Part shown: in pieces, positions 29,828 through 39,048 of the stretch
How positions within the stretch are numbered: position 1 is the first letter of the stretch
Layout: each line of letters opens with the position of its first letter
From: an uncultured Eubacteriales bacterium
GTDB taxonomy: Bacteria > Bacillota > Clostridia > Christensenellales > CAG-138
NCBI GenBank assembly: GCA_900544965.1
Contig: UQXE01000001.1
Location: 1,855-65,854 of the forward strand
DNA length: 64,000 bases
Direction: 5' to 3'
Notes under the pieces: generated by a model
The model's input: only the letters and a program-made list of their open reading frames with translations
The model's database searches: none
Told to the model about the DNA's origin: nothing
Program-made: the position numbers and the translations under genes

Positions 29828-30409
29828 ATGCTAATACCGACTGTTATCGAACAAACCGGCAGGGGCGAACGGGCCTATGACATATATTCGCGCCTGCTTA
29901 AGGATAGGATCATATTTCTAGGCGACGAGATTACAGACGTTACAGCCAATCTGGTTGTGGCCCAAATGCTGTTTCTCGAAGCCGAGGATCCGGATAAGGA
30001 TATATTTTTCTATATAAACAGCCCAGGTGGATCAGTTACCGCTGGCCTTGCAATATATGATACAATGCAGCATGTGAAGTGCGATGTTTCGACAATGTGC
30101 ATAGGCATCGCCGCGTCAATGGGAGCATTTTTGCTTGCGGCGGGAAAAAAGGGAAAGCGCAAGGCGCTTCCAAACAGTGAGATAATGATCCACCAGCCTA
30201 GCGGCGGAGCGCGCGGCCAGGCAACCGACATTGCAATACATGCAGAGCATATAATCAAGACCAGGCAAAAGCTGAACCGGATTTTAAGCGAGCGTACCGG
30301 ACAGCCTCTTGACCAGATTGAAGCTGACACCGAGCGCGATAACTATCTTAGCGCAGAGGATGCTTTAAAATATGGCATTGTCGACGAGATTATACCGCCA
30401 AGGAGATAA
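29828..30409 (+). CDS. clpP: ATP-dependent Clp protease proteolytic subunit
   Basis: Highly conserved ClpP sequence ([34 protein letters not shown]). Confidence 0.95.
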   Translation: MLIPTVIEQTGRGERAYDIYSRLLKDRIIFLGDEITDVTANLVVAQMLFLEAEDPDKDIFFYINSPGGSVTAGLAIYDTMQHVKCDVSTMCIGIAASMGAFLLAAGKKGKRKALPNSEIMIHQPSGGARGQATDIAIHAEHIIKTRQKLNRILSERTGQPLDQIEADTERDNYLSAEDALKYGIVDEIIPPRR

Positions 30410-30412
30410 TTT

Positions 30413-31666
30413 ATGTCAAAAATAGAGGATAAGAGCAATATCAGATGCTCATTCTGCGGGAAGAGCCAAAGCGAGGTACAGCGTCTTGTAGCCGGGCCCG
30501 GAGTTTACATATGCAACGAATGTATAGAACTCTGCCAGGAGATCATTGAAGACGATTACACGCTCGAGCCGCCCGACCTTAAAACGATACCAAAACCCCA
30601 TGAAATCGTGGAAACCTTAAACAGCTATGTAGTTGGACAGCAGGATGCCAAAAAGGCGCTGGCAGTCGCCGTATATAATCATTATAAGCGCATTGGGCAA
30701 CTCGTATCAAAGGACGATGTTGAGCTGCAAAAGAGCAATATTATAATGCTTGGCCCAACAGGCTGCGGCAAAACGTTGCTTGCCCAGACGCTGGCTAAGA
30801 TTCTCGACGTTCCGTTTGCCGTAGCAGACGCGACATCGTTAACTGAAGCCGGCTATGTAGGCGAGGATGTAGAGAACATACTTCTTAAGCTCATACAAGC
30901 TGCGGATTACAATGTCGAGCGTGCCGAACGCGGTATAGTGTATATCGACGAAATAGATAAAATAGCCCGAAAGAGCGAAAATCCCTCAATTACAAGGGAT
31001 GTATCTGGAGAAGGCGTTCAGCAGGCGCTGCTTAAGATAATTGAGGGCACTACGGCCTCCGTTCCCCCACAGGGTGGGCGCAAGCATCCTCAGCAGGAAT
31101 GCATACAGATTGACACGACCAATGTGCTGTTCATATGCGGCGGCGCGTTCAACGGCATTGAGGATACCATCAGCAGGCGTATCGGCAAAAAGACAATGGG
31201 TTTTGGCGCAGATATACAAACAAATGTAGAGAAGGACATAGGAAGCATACTTAAGAACATACTTCCAGAGGATCTGCAAAAGTTTGGGCTTATCCCCGAA
31301 TTTGTGGGTAGGGTGCCGATAATTGTAACCCTGCACCAGCTTGAAGAGGAAGCCCTTATCAGAATACTTACCGAGCCTCGCAACGCCCTTACGAGGCAAT
31401 ATAAAAAGCTGTTCGAAATGGACGGCGTCGAGCTCGAATTCGACCATGAGGCGCTTGTATCCGTAGCCACAGAAGCAATGGCACGCAAAACTGGGGCGCG
31501 CGGCCTAAGAGCTATATTGGAAAATATTATGCTGAACATAATGTATGACATTCCTGGCAGGTCTGACATACAAAAGTGCATCATCACTAAGGATGTTGTA
31601 GCCAAGAAACTTCCCCCGGTGATGCTTCTTAGGGAGCAGGCGGCGCTTCCGGCGGACGCGTCGTAA
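30413..31666 (+). CDS. clpX: ATP-dependent Clp protease ATP-binding subunit ClpX
   Basis: N-terminal zinc finger CSFCGK...CNEC, Walker A GPTGCGKT, 417 aa. Confidence 0.95.
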   Translation: MSKIEDKSNIRCSFCGKSQSEVQRLVAGPGVYICNECIELCQEIIEDDYTLEPPDLKTIPKPHEIVETLNSYVVGQQDAKKALAVAVYNHYKRIGQLVSKDDVELQKSNIIMLGPTGCGKTLLAQTLAKILDVPFAVADATSLTEAGYVGEDVENILLKLIQAADYNVERAERGIVYIDEIDKIARKSENPSITRDVSGEGVQQALLKIIEGTTASVPPQGGRKHPQQECIQIDTTNVLFICGGAFNGIEDTISRRIGKKTMGFGADIQTNVEKDIGSILKNILPEDLQKFGLIPEFVGRVPIIVTLHQLEEEALIRILTEPRNALTRQYKKLFEMDGVELEFDHEALVSVATEAMARKTGARGLRAILENIMLNIMYDIPGRSDIQKCIITKDVVAKKLPPVMLLREQAALPADAS

Positions 31667-31688
31667 TTTAAACGCGAGCAGGTTGACT

Positions 31689-31731
31689 AAAAACGGGGGC
31701 GTAAGCATCAGGGTGCTGCGTCCCGTTTTTT
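31689..31731. terminator. bidirectional terminator between clpX and the convergent XRE genes
   Basis: AAAAACGGG ... CCCGTTTTTT with an imperfect extended stem, flanked by an A-run on one side and a T-run on the other. Confidence 0.6.
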
Positions 31732-31807
31732 ATATTGAACAGCCAAGTAAAAGCATTCAGATTAAGCGTTCAAACGCTTAATGGATTATGGCATATGGCT
31801 TACGACC

Positions 31808-32065
31808 TCATCTGTTTTTCATATATCTGTACGACTTATCAACTTTGCTTGCGGGAAGGAGCGTTTTAATATCCGTCCTGCAAGCAACATAATCCAGATT
31901 GACCTTGTAATAGTCGGCAATCTTTATAATAATTTCTAGCGGAATGTTTATATGCCCGTTTTCATATAGCGAATATGTGCTTTGATGGATTCCTAATTCA
32001 TCCGCTAATGTTTGTTGTTTTAAGTCCTTATCCAACCTTAGCTCTTTTAAACGATTTGTAACCAT
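31808..32065 (-). CDS. small XRE-family HTH regulator, copy A
   Basis: 85 aa, MVTNRLKELRLDKDLKQQTLADELGIHQSTYSLYENG... (HTH_3). The GAGGTG SD is 6 nt upstream of the ATG at 32065. Confidence 0.75.
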   Translation of the reverse strand: MVTNRLKELRLDKDLKQQTLADELGIHQSTYSLYENGHINIPLEIIIKIADYYKVNLDYVACRTDIKTLLPASKVDKSYRYMKNR

Positions 32066-32126
32066 AAAATTCACCTCTGTCTGACGAAACACTCAAATTT
32101 TTAATGGATCATGGCCAATTACAACG

Positions 32127-32384
32127 TCATCTGTCCTTCATATATCTATATGACTTATCCGCTTTGCTTGCGGGAAGAAGGGTTTTAACATCCGACCTGC
32201 AAGCAACATAATCCAAATTCACCTTATAGTAATCAGCAATCTTTATGATGATTTCTAGCGGAATGTTTATATGCCCGTTTTCATATAGCGAATATGTGCT
32301 TTGATGGATTCCTAATTCATCCGCTAATGTTTGTTGTTTTAAGTCCTTATCCAACCTTAGCTCTTTTAAACGATTTGTAACCAT
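32127..32384 (-). CDS. small XRE-family HTH regulator, copy B
   Basis: 85 aa, differing from copy A at only 4 C-terminal residues, with the same SD and 5' region. Confidence 0.75.
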   Translation of the reverse strand: MVTNRLKELRLDKDLKQQTLADELGIHQSTYSLYENGHINIPLEIIIKIADYYKVNLDYVACRSDVKTLLPASKADKSYRYMKDR

Positions 32385-32770
32385 AAAATTCACCTCTGTC
32401 TATTGAATATATCAGATTGATGTTATAATTCTTAGTTATATTGGGAATTCCAATAAAAACTGCAATTTTTGTATTACACTTGTAGTATGACATGAATATT
32501 TCTTTACCCAATATATTTATAAAAAAACATCGTAATATGTCAGGCTGTCAAAAACCCTCGGATTTGTCAAAGGCCGCAGCCCTCGACTTTAAATCCGGCT
32601 CTGACGACAGGCGCCTCAGCGACGGATTTAAACGGTGTGGTTTTGGTTCTTTGCGGGTTTTGCCGCTCGGGAACCTCAAGGGCGGTAGGCAATACCCTTG
32701 CCTTCAATAAGTGGCGCAGCCGCTTTTTTGACACTCTGATATGTGTTATAATGTGGCCGAGGTGAACCAT

Positions 32771-33988
32771 ATGTTTTGCTCCGGCGTTATTGCGGAATAT
32801 AATCCATTTCATAACGGACATATGCACCATTTGCGTGAAACCATCAACATTGCGGGGAATCCCAATGTAATTGCCGTGATGAGCGGCAGCTTTGTGCAAA
32901 GGGGGGAGCCGGCGTTGTTTGATAAGTTTACAAGAACCCGCATGGCTTTAAAATGCGGCGTTAGCTTGGTTATTGAGCTTCCCTGCGTTTTTTCGCTTTC
33001 ATCCGCCGAGGGGTTCGCATCTGGAGCCGTAAGATTACTAAATGGTTCAGGTATGGTAAAGGACCTGTGCTTTGGAAGTGAGACCCCTGATCTTCGTGCA
33101 ATGGAGTCATTAGCTAATATAGAAGGAAAACAACAGTATGATCTGGACTATGAAATAAGGGCAAACCTTAAAAAAGGGCAGGCGTACCCAAGGGCCTTTT
33201 ATGAAGCCGCCGAACGTCTGGGAATAGTTCGGGAAGGGGTTGATGTCCTCTCTAAGCCAAACAGCCTTCTAGGGGTGGAATACCTTAGAGCCATACGCGC
33301 GCACGCGCCTATGATCAAAGCGCACGCTATAAAGCGTCTGGCATGCGCTCACGACGAAGCAGAGCTTAAGGATTATATTTCAAGCGCCTCCTCAATCCGC
33401 GAGGAAATAGGCGCCGGCAGGCTAAAAAATGCCGTAAAACGCGTTCCAGATGTAATATCCGATGATTTAATCAACGCGGCATTGGCGGCGGATATGCAAA
33501 GAAGCAGTGAAATCCTGTTCCGACTTCTTGTATATAGATTGTTAAGCTCAGAAAATGAAAAAATCGCCCGCGTTGCTGATGTGGGTGAAGGATTGGAGAA
33601 TGTATTAGCCCTTTCCGCGCTAAGCTCAAGTTCATACTCCGAGTTTTTATCCATGTGCAAGAGCAAGCGTTACAGCCTGGCAAGAATACGAAGAATTTGT
33701 ATGAATGCGCTAATTGGCATAACTCGGGAGGTTAAAGCCGCGGCCATGAACGGGAAGACGCCCCTATACCTTAGGGTTTTGGGCGTACGTAAGGATGCCA
33801 TGCACGTATTGTCAGCGCTTTCAAACCAAGCAAGCATTCCGGTAATAACCCGATACAGGGATGCTGATAAGCTACCCGGCGCCTCACAGCTCTTGATTAA
33901 ACTGGATACCATGGCAACAAGCATTAGATCTTTAATATTTGGGGGAAGCGCTGTAAGGGAATTTTCTTTTCCACTAATTGTTGTTTAA
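32771..33988 (+). CDS. tmcAL: tRNA(Met) cytidine acetate ligase (YlbM/TmcAL-type nucleotidyltransferase)
   Basis: MFCSGVIAEYNPFHNGHMHHL N-terminus, typical of the YlbM family, with ylbJ as neighbour. Confidence 0.8.
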   Translation: MFCSGVIAEYNPFHNGHMHHLRETINIAGNPNVIAVMSGSFVQRGEPALFDKFTRTRMALKCGVSLVIELPCVFSLSSAEGFASGAVRLLNGSGMVKDLCFGSETPDLRAMESLANIEGKQQYDLDYEIRANLKKGQAYPRAFYEAAERLGIVREGVDVLSKPNSLLGVEYLRAIRAHAPMIKAHAIKRLACAHDEAELKDYISSASSIREEIGAGRLKNAVKRVPDVISDDLINAALAADMQRSSEILFRLLVYRLLSSENEKIARVADVGEGLENVLALSALSSSSYSEFLSMCKSKRYSLARIRRICMNALIGITREVKAAAMNGKTPLYLRVLGVRKDAMHVLSALSNQASIPVITRYRDADKLPGASQLLIKLDTMATSIRSLIFGGSAVREFSFPLIVV

Positions 33989-34002
33989 ATACCGTTCGGT
34001 TT

Positions 34003-35139
34003 TTGGATTTTCCAGCATATTTATTTGGCATGGGAACACGTATAATTGCTATCATTGCGTTATTGCTATGCCTTTTGCTTGTATGCTTTTACCGTCCCGC
34101 CATGCTTGCCGCCAGGGATGGCTTTGACCTGTGGCTTGAGGTAGTGATGCCGGCCCTGTTCCCGTTTATGGTGTGTACATCCATTCTTCAACGCTCAGGG
34201 GCCTTTAATTTAAATAGCAATAAGCGCTCAAAAGGCAGGTTTTCAGGCCCTGCTGTTCCGCTCCTTCTTACATGCTGCATATCCGGCGCGCCTTCCGGCG
34301 CAAGGCTAAGCGGTATGCTTATGGAATCCGGAGCATTGTGCCAAGGCGACGCTATGCGCCTATCCGCTATATGCAATCTAGCAAGCCCTATGTTTATTAC
34401 GGGTTCGCTATGTACATCAATGTTGGGGGTTCCCTCCCTTGCCATACCTATATGCATAGCTCATTACGGCAGCGCGTTTCTTACGCTCTTGCTGAGCGGT
34501 CTAAAAAGCCCATATAACGCTGAATGCAAGCCAAAGCCATCCAACCCATGCCAGACCTGTCAGAAGGGGCCAGCGGTCGTCGCGTCAGGCATAGGCGACG
34601 GCATATCGGCAATGCTTAATATATGCGGAACGATAATATTCTTCATGGTGCTGATATGTATCTTACGTGAAAGCGGCGCCCTCAATTTAATTAACGCCGC
34701 GTTTTCATGGCTTTTCAGCGCTATTGGGCTTGATTCGGGCCTGGCCGAACCATTTGTTGTCGGACTATTTGAAATGACAAACGGCTGCCGCCTCCTTGCC
34801 GGAATAGCCGCCCCCGCTCATATGATTGCCTCAATAGCGGCGTTCGTAATAACCTTTGGTGGGGCATGCGTATATATTCAGTCTATGTCATTCATTCAGT
34901 TGAAAACAGGCCAATTCTTTTTATTCAAATTAATTCAGGCAATTCTCGCGGCTGTTATAGCGTATTTAATTACGCCTTTATTCATAAGCGCCAGCGTAAC
35001 AGCGTTAGGAAGCGCCGATGACAGGCTCCTAATAAACGCGGCAGCGACTGGGCTGGCTATTGCTTCGTCGCTGCTTGGCATTGTCTCGGTATTGCTCTTA
35101 TCCAGGCTTCTCGGGTATAGGAGGCTAACCAAAACCTGA
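34003..35139 (+). CDS. ylbJ: sporulation integral membrane protein YlbJ-like (nucleoside-recognition domains)
   Basis: Polytopic 378-aa protein adjacent to ylbM, coaD and rsmD as in Bacillus. The start is uncertain (TTG 34003 or ATG 34030). Confidence 0.65.
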   Translation: MDFPAYLFGMGTRIIAIIALLLCLLLVCFYRPAMLAARDGFDLWLEVVMPALFPFMVCTSILQRSGAFNLNSNKRSKGRFSGPAVPLLLTCCISGAPSGARLSGMLMESGALCQGDAMRLSAICNLASPMFITGSLCTSMLGVPSLAIPICIAHYGSAFLTLLLSGLKSPYNAECKPKPSNPCQTCQKGPAVVASGIGDGISAMLNICGTIIFFMVLICILRESGALNLINAAFSWLFSAIGLDSGLAEPFVVGLFEMTNGCRLLAGIAAPAHMIASIAAFVITFGGACVYIQSMSFIQLKTGQFFLFKLIQAILAAVIAYLITPLFISASVTALGSADDRLLINAAATGLAIASSLLGIVSVLLLSRLLGYRRLTKT

Positions 35140-35157
35140 TGTTCTCAACCCCATATA

Positions 35158-36033
35158 TTAAGCGTCATAATCGTCATATTCATCGTCAAAATCCATTTCT
35201 CTCTTTTTACGCCTCAAAAAGCCGAATATAGGGCGCTTCTCCCTGGCGTGTTCATCTTCATCAGCTTCTTCGTCATCATAGCGTATGAATTCTTCGTCGT
35301 TTGGGATATGTCTGGCCTTAGGCATATCTGTCCGAACATGCGCTTCATTGTCGACCGCGTCAGCGGTTCCGTCGCCATCCTTACTCTGTGCATTGGAAGC
35401 ATCCGAAGCCGCCTTTTCGTACAGATGTTTAACCCCAAGCTCCGCACGGTTTTCCTCAATGGAATTGCGGTAACCATCTAAAAATCGTTCTACATCGGCC
35501 AATATCCCATCCGCATATACCTTTGCATTAATAAAAACGGTTTCAGCGCTGTGTTCAGCCTTTAGTTTTAACAGGTCGGCGCGGCGCTGAGCCTCGGTTA
35601 TTATGGAGTGTTCGCTTACCTTCTGCTCATATTCCTTTTGCGCCGCCATACGCATCTCATTCGAACTCTTCTGCGCATCCTCGACAAGCTGTTTTGACTG
35701 TTTTCTGGCGCTCGTTATCATCTCATGCGCTCTGCTCTGCGCCTCTTCCAGCATCGCGTCCGCCCTTTCCTGAGCGGATGCTATAATATCCTCGGACTGC
35801 TGGCGCGCTCCATCTATTATTCTATCTGACTCAAGCAATATATTGTTGGCATGGCGGACATCGTCGGGTATCAACACTTTGATATCGCCAAGCAGGTCCT
35901 CAAATAAACTCATGTCGACAACACGCTTATCGTTGTTGCCTATACCCTTAGGCCGCGGACTCCCCTCAAGAATGTCCTCCAACCTTTCTATTACATCGTA
36001 GATGCGCACACCATTATTATTGCCTTCTGCCAT
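35158..36033 (-). CDS. conserved coiled-coil protein with a strongly acidic C-terminus
   Basis: 291 aa with long Ala/Gln/Glu/Arg-rich heptad-like stretches and the tail DDEEADEDE...DFDDEYDDYDA. It overlaps the coaD 3' end. Confidence 0.6.
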   Translation of the reverse strand: MAEGNNNGVRIYDVIERLEDILEGSPRPKGIGNNDKRVVDMSLFEDLLGDIKVLIPDDVRHANNILLESDRIIDGARQQSEDIIASAQERADAMLEEAQSRAHEMITSARKQSKQLVEDAQKSSNEMRMAAQKEYEQKVSEHSIITEAQRRADLLKLKAEHSAETVFINAKVYADGILADVERFLDGYRNSIEENRAELGVKHLYEKAASDASNAQSKDGDGTADAVDNEAHVRTDMPKARHIPNDEEFIRYDDEEADEDEHAREKRPIFGFLRRKKREMDFDDEYDDYDA

Positions 36034-36517
36034 CTTTACACAACCTTCCCATTATCATATTGAGGTTTATATCAGGAACCAGCCCTTCAGCGCTGCCCCC
36101 AAACGAACATATTTCCTTTACTACTGAGGAACTGATGCATGAAATTGCGGGGTCAGAACCAATGTATATCGTATTTATTTCTGGGTTGAGCAGTTTGTTT
36201 ACAGCTTCAATGCCAGACTCATAGTCATAGTCCAAAGCTGAACGCAAACCGCGGATTATATAGGACGAATTGAGCGCTTTTGCGCAATCGACAGTCATGC
36301 CGCTGAAGGCTATTGTCCTAGCGTTCTTTATATCCTCGGCTTGCAACGCCCTTTCTATCATCTCAACCCGTTCATGGGCCGAAAAAGCGGGGATTTTAGC
36401 TACATTCTCAAGCACCGCCACATACAGCGTGTCAAACAGCCTGCACGAACGCTTGATTACGTCAAGATGGCCGATGGTGAAAGGATCAAAGCTGCCTGGA
36501 AATATTCCTGATACCAT
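36017..36517 (-). CDS. coaD: phosphopantetheine adenylyltransferase
   Basis: MVSGIFPGSFDPFTIGHLDVI (the nucleotidyltransferase T/HxGH motif). The ATG at 36517 lies immediately after the rsmD stop. Confidence 0.9.
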   Translation of the reverse strand: MVSGIFPGSFDPFTIGHLDVIKRSCRLFDTLYVAVLENVAKIPAFSAHERVEMIERALQAEDIKNARTIAFSGMTVDCAKALNSSYIIRGLRSALDYDYESGIEAVNKLLNPEINTIYIGSDPAISCISSSVVKEICSFGGSAEGLVPDINLNMIMGRLCKDGRRQ

Positions 36518-36518
36518 A

Positions 36519-37070
36519 TCAGCAACCCCTTTCAAAAATTGATACCGCTACGCTTCCATATATCCGCGTTGGCCGCTTTACGGAACAATCTGGCGCTACT
36601 ATATCGTACTTTGGCGAATGCTCGGCCACTACTATTCCGGTATCGGTTAGAATTCCGCTTTGAAATATCAGGTCCGCCGCCGCCTGTGCCAAGCCGGACA
36701 GGTATGGAGGATCGATAAACACTATATCTACCCTTTGCTTAGCCGCAGCTAATACGTCTATCGTGCCGCGAAAATCCAGTCCATATACCCTTGCCCTTTC
36801 TTCAAATCCGAGCGTTTTAATGTTGCCTTGAATTATATCGGTACAGACCCTCGACCTATCGTTGAAAATGGCATACCTTGCTCCCCTTGAGAGCGCCTCA
36901 AGGCCCATTGCTCCCGATCCGGCAAACAGGTCCAGCACGGTGCTGCCAGCAACCTGAAACTGTATAATTCCAAACACCGATTCCCTTACTCTGTCCAGCG
37001 TCGGCCGCGTATCCATCCCCTTTGGCGAGTCTATACGCCTGCCGCGTGCAATTCCAGAAATTATACGCAA
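36519..37070 (-). CDS. rsmD: 16S rRNA (guanine966-N2)-methyltransferase
   Basis: MRIISGIARGRRI..., DLFAGSGAMGLEALSRG and DPPY motifs. Confidence 0.85.
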   Translation of the reverse strand: MRIISGIARGRRIDSPKGMDTRPTLDRVRESVFGIIQFQVAGSTVLDLFAGSGAMGLEALSRGARYAIFNDRSRVCTDIIQGNIKTLGFEERARVYGLDFRGTIDVLAAAKQRVDIVFIDPPYLSGLAQAAADLIFQSGILTDTGIVVAEHSPKYDIVAPDCSVKRPTRIYGSVAVSIFERGC

Positions 37071-37103
37071 ATTCTCCTCCAGCAGTTGTCGTTAACAATC
37101 ACT

Positions 37104-37676
37104 TTAACCTTTAAAGACGCATCCGGTCGCGCTTACCACGCAGTCCACCCTAGCATCATGGGGTTCCCAGGGGACCTCGCCGCAAACCTGTATATTAAAG
37201 CATAGCCCAGCTGCGTATGCCCTTGTGTCCGAAAGGACACGATCATAATATCCTCCACCCTGACCAAGCCTGCGGCAGTCCAGACCATAGGCTACCCCTG
37301 GAACTATCATAAAGTCGATGTCGTGAGCTCTTATAAGCTTGGACCTTCCTGTATCCGGTTCCAATATGCCGTACATTCCCCGAACAAAGGCGTCCTCATC
37401 ATCCGGAATATAAAACTTAAGCTCTCCTCCGCCTGCACATAATGGAAACGCCACTCGCTTTTTAAAATCCCAAGCCAGCTTAACCGCATATGAAGGATCG
37501 CACTCAGTTGGCATTGCCATATATGCCAAGATCAATGATGAATCAAGAAATTCAGGCAGACCCGCAAGCCTTTCGCACGCTGACCTGGATTGGGCTTTAC
37601 GCTCGTTTTCGGGCATATCCTTAAGAAGTTTGCGTATTCTGCTCCTCAGGGCAGCTTTCTTGTCGCGGGCCTGCAT
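37104..37676 (-). CDS. 5-formyltetrahydrofolate cyclo-ligase
   Basis: 190 aa with the GQGGGYYDR motif near the C-terminus. Confidence 0.8.
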   Translation of the reverse strand: MQARDKKAALRSRIRKLLKDMPENERKAQSRSACERLAGLPEFLDSSLILAYMAMPTECDPSYAVKLAWDFKKRVAFPLCAGGGELKFYIPDDEDAFVRGMYGILEPDTGRSKLIRAHDIDFMIVPGVAYGLDCRRLGQGGGYYDRVLSDTRAYAAGLCFNIQVCGEVPWEPHDARVDCVVSATGCVFKG

Positions 37677-37686
37677 TGCCTCTCCT

Positions 37687-38850
37687 CTATAGCTCGCTGT
37701 GCGCTACTACGCCGCTAACCATGCACATTACGCATCTTGAGCGCACATCCAGCGGATGGCCTGAAAATACCGCAATGTCCGCGTCTTTGCCAGGCTCCAG
37801 GCTTCCTACCCTGTCGTCTATGCCCGCAATGCGCGCAGCGTTGATGGTTATGGACCTAAGCGCGGCGTCCTCGGGCATTCCCTCTTTTACGGATATTGAT
37901 GCGCATACGGGAAGGTACTGCTGGGGTATCACCGGATGATCCGTCATCATGGCAAATTCTATTCCCGCATCGTACAGCGCCTTTGGCGCCTTAAAGCTCA
38001 GGTTTCTAAGCTCTATCTTGCTGCGGTTGGTAAGCAGCGGCCCGATTATGACGCCGCCGCAATTTCCCTCAGTCGCCTGTTTGAGCAAATCCGCGATCAT
38101 ATAGCCCTCGGTGCAGTGGTCAAGCGTGAAGCGCACGTCGAATTCATTGCATATACGTATTGCCGTAAGGATATCGTCGGCCCTGTGCGCATGTATCTTT
38201 AACGGCATTTCTTTACGTATCACCGGAAGCATCGCTTCCTTTCCCAAATCCCTTTCAGGCTTCTTATCCGGGTCGCTTTCAGCCTTTTTAAGTTTTTCAT
38301 CGTATTCCTTTGCCTGCGTAAGCGCCTTGCGCAATATGGACGCTATCGCCATTCTGGTACCCGGCGTTCCCTTACTGCCGTAAACCCGTTTCGGGTTCTC
38401 GCCAAACGCGGCCTTCATGGCCACCGGCTGCTTGATTATCATGTCCTCAACGCTTTTGCCATAAAGCTTGAGCGCCACAAAGGTTCCTCCAACCACGTTC
38501 GCGCTGCCTGGACCTGTAACGGCGGTTGTAACGCCTGCGGCGACGGCTTCGCGAAAACACGGATCAAATGGGTTGACGCCGTCTATCGCTCGTAATTCAG
38601 GAGTGGTAGGATTTGAGCATTCGTTGCCGTCCGCTCCCTCCGCTCCCATACCGTCTTCAAACATTCCTATATGGGAGTGCGCGTCTATAACGCCCGGCAT
38701 TATGAACTTGCCGCTCAGGTCAATCAAATCGGCTCCATCGAAGTCGACCGACTCGCCTACAGCCACGATTTTGCCTTCATCAACAGCTACATCGCCCGTG
38801 AAAGCGGGCCTAGTCATCGTAAGAACCGTTGCATTTTTTAATACCAGCAT
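37687..38850 (-). CDS. amidohydrolase family protein
   Basis: PGVIDAHSHIG metal-binding motif and a 387-aa TIM-barrel amidohydrolase layout. Confidence 0.8.
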   Translation of the reverse strand: MLVLKNATVLTMTRPAFTGDVAVDEGKIVAVGESVDFDGADLIDLSGKFIMPGVIDAHSHIGMFEDGMGAEGADGNECSNPTTPELRAIDGVNPFDPCFREAVAAGVTTAVTGPGSANVVGGTFVALKLYGKSVEDMIIKQPVAMKAAFGENPKRVYGSKGTPGTRMAIASILRKALTQAKEYDEKLKKAESDPDKKPERDLGKEAMLPVIRKEMPLKIHAHRADDILTAIRICNEFDVRFTLDHCTEGYMIADLLKQATEGNCGGVIIGPLLTNRSKIELRNLSFKAPKALYDAGIEFAMMTDHPVIPQQYLPVCASISVKEGMPEDAALRSITINAARIAGIDDRVGSLEPGKDADIAVFSGHPLDVRSRCVMCMVSGVVAHSEL

Positions 38851-38992
38851 TTTCCTTCCTCCGTAAAACGTTCATTATATAACAATATAATAGCATATAT
38901 GCCTACTTAACTTCAACACACATATGGATTTCACATACTTTTAAATACTGTTCTGTCAGCAGCTTTTACTATTAGTCGAATTGAATAACTGT

Positions 38993-39020
38993 TTGATTTT
39001 TATTGGCTTTGCTATATAAT
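38993..39020 (+). promoter_or_regulatory. candidate sigma-A promoter for folC-folD
   Basis: TTGATT (38993-38998), 16-nt spacer, TATAAT (39015-39020). Confidence 0.4.
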
Positions 39021-39048
39021 GATGGAGTTCAAAAACCTATAGGAGTAA

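Larger units (their letters stand above)
31779..32401. repeat. tandem direct duplication (two units of about 300 bp: 31779-32082 and 32101-32401)
   Basis: The units align end to end. 151 bp (31932-32082 versus 32251-32401) are identical, and the rest is clearly diverged. Confidence 0.9.

Noticed and set aside
32492-32710. 72-aa ORF in the XRE-tmcAL spacer
   Set aside because: It has no SD and an implausible sequence. The region is treated as non-coding and structured instead.
38468-38866. 132-aa plus-strand ORF
   Set aside because: It is antisense to the amidohydrolase gene.
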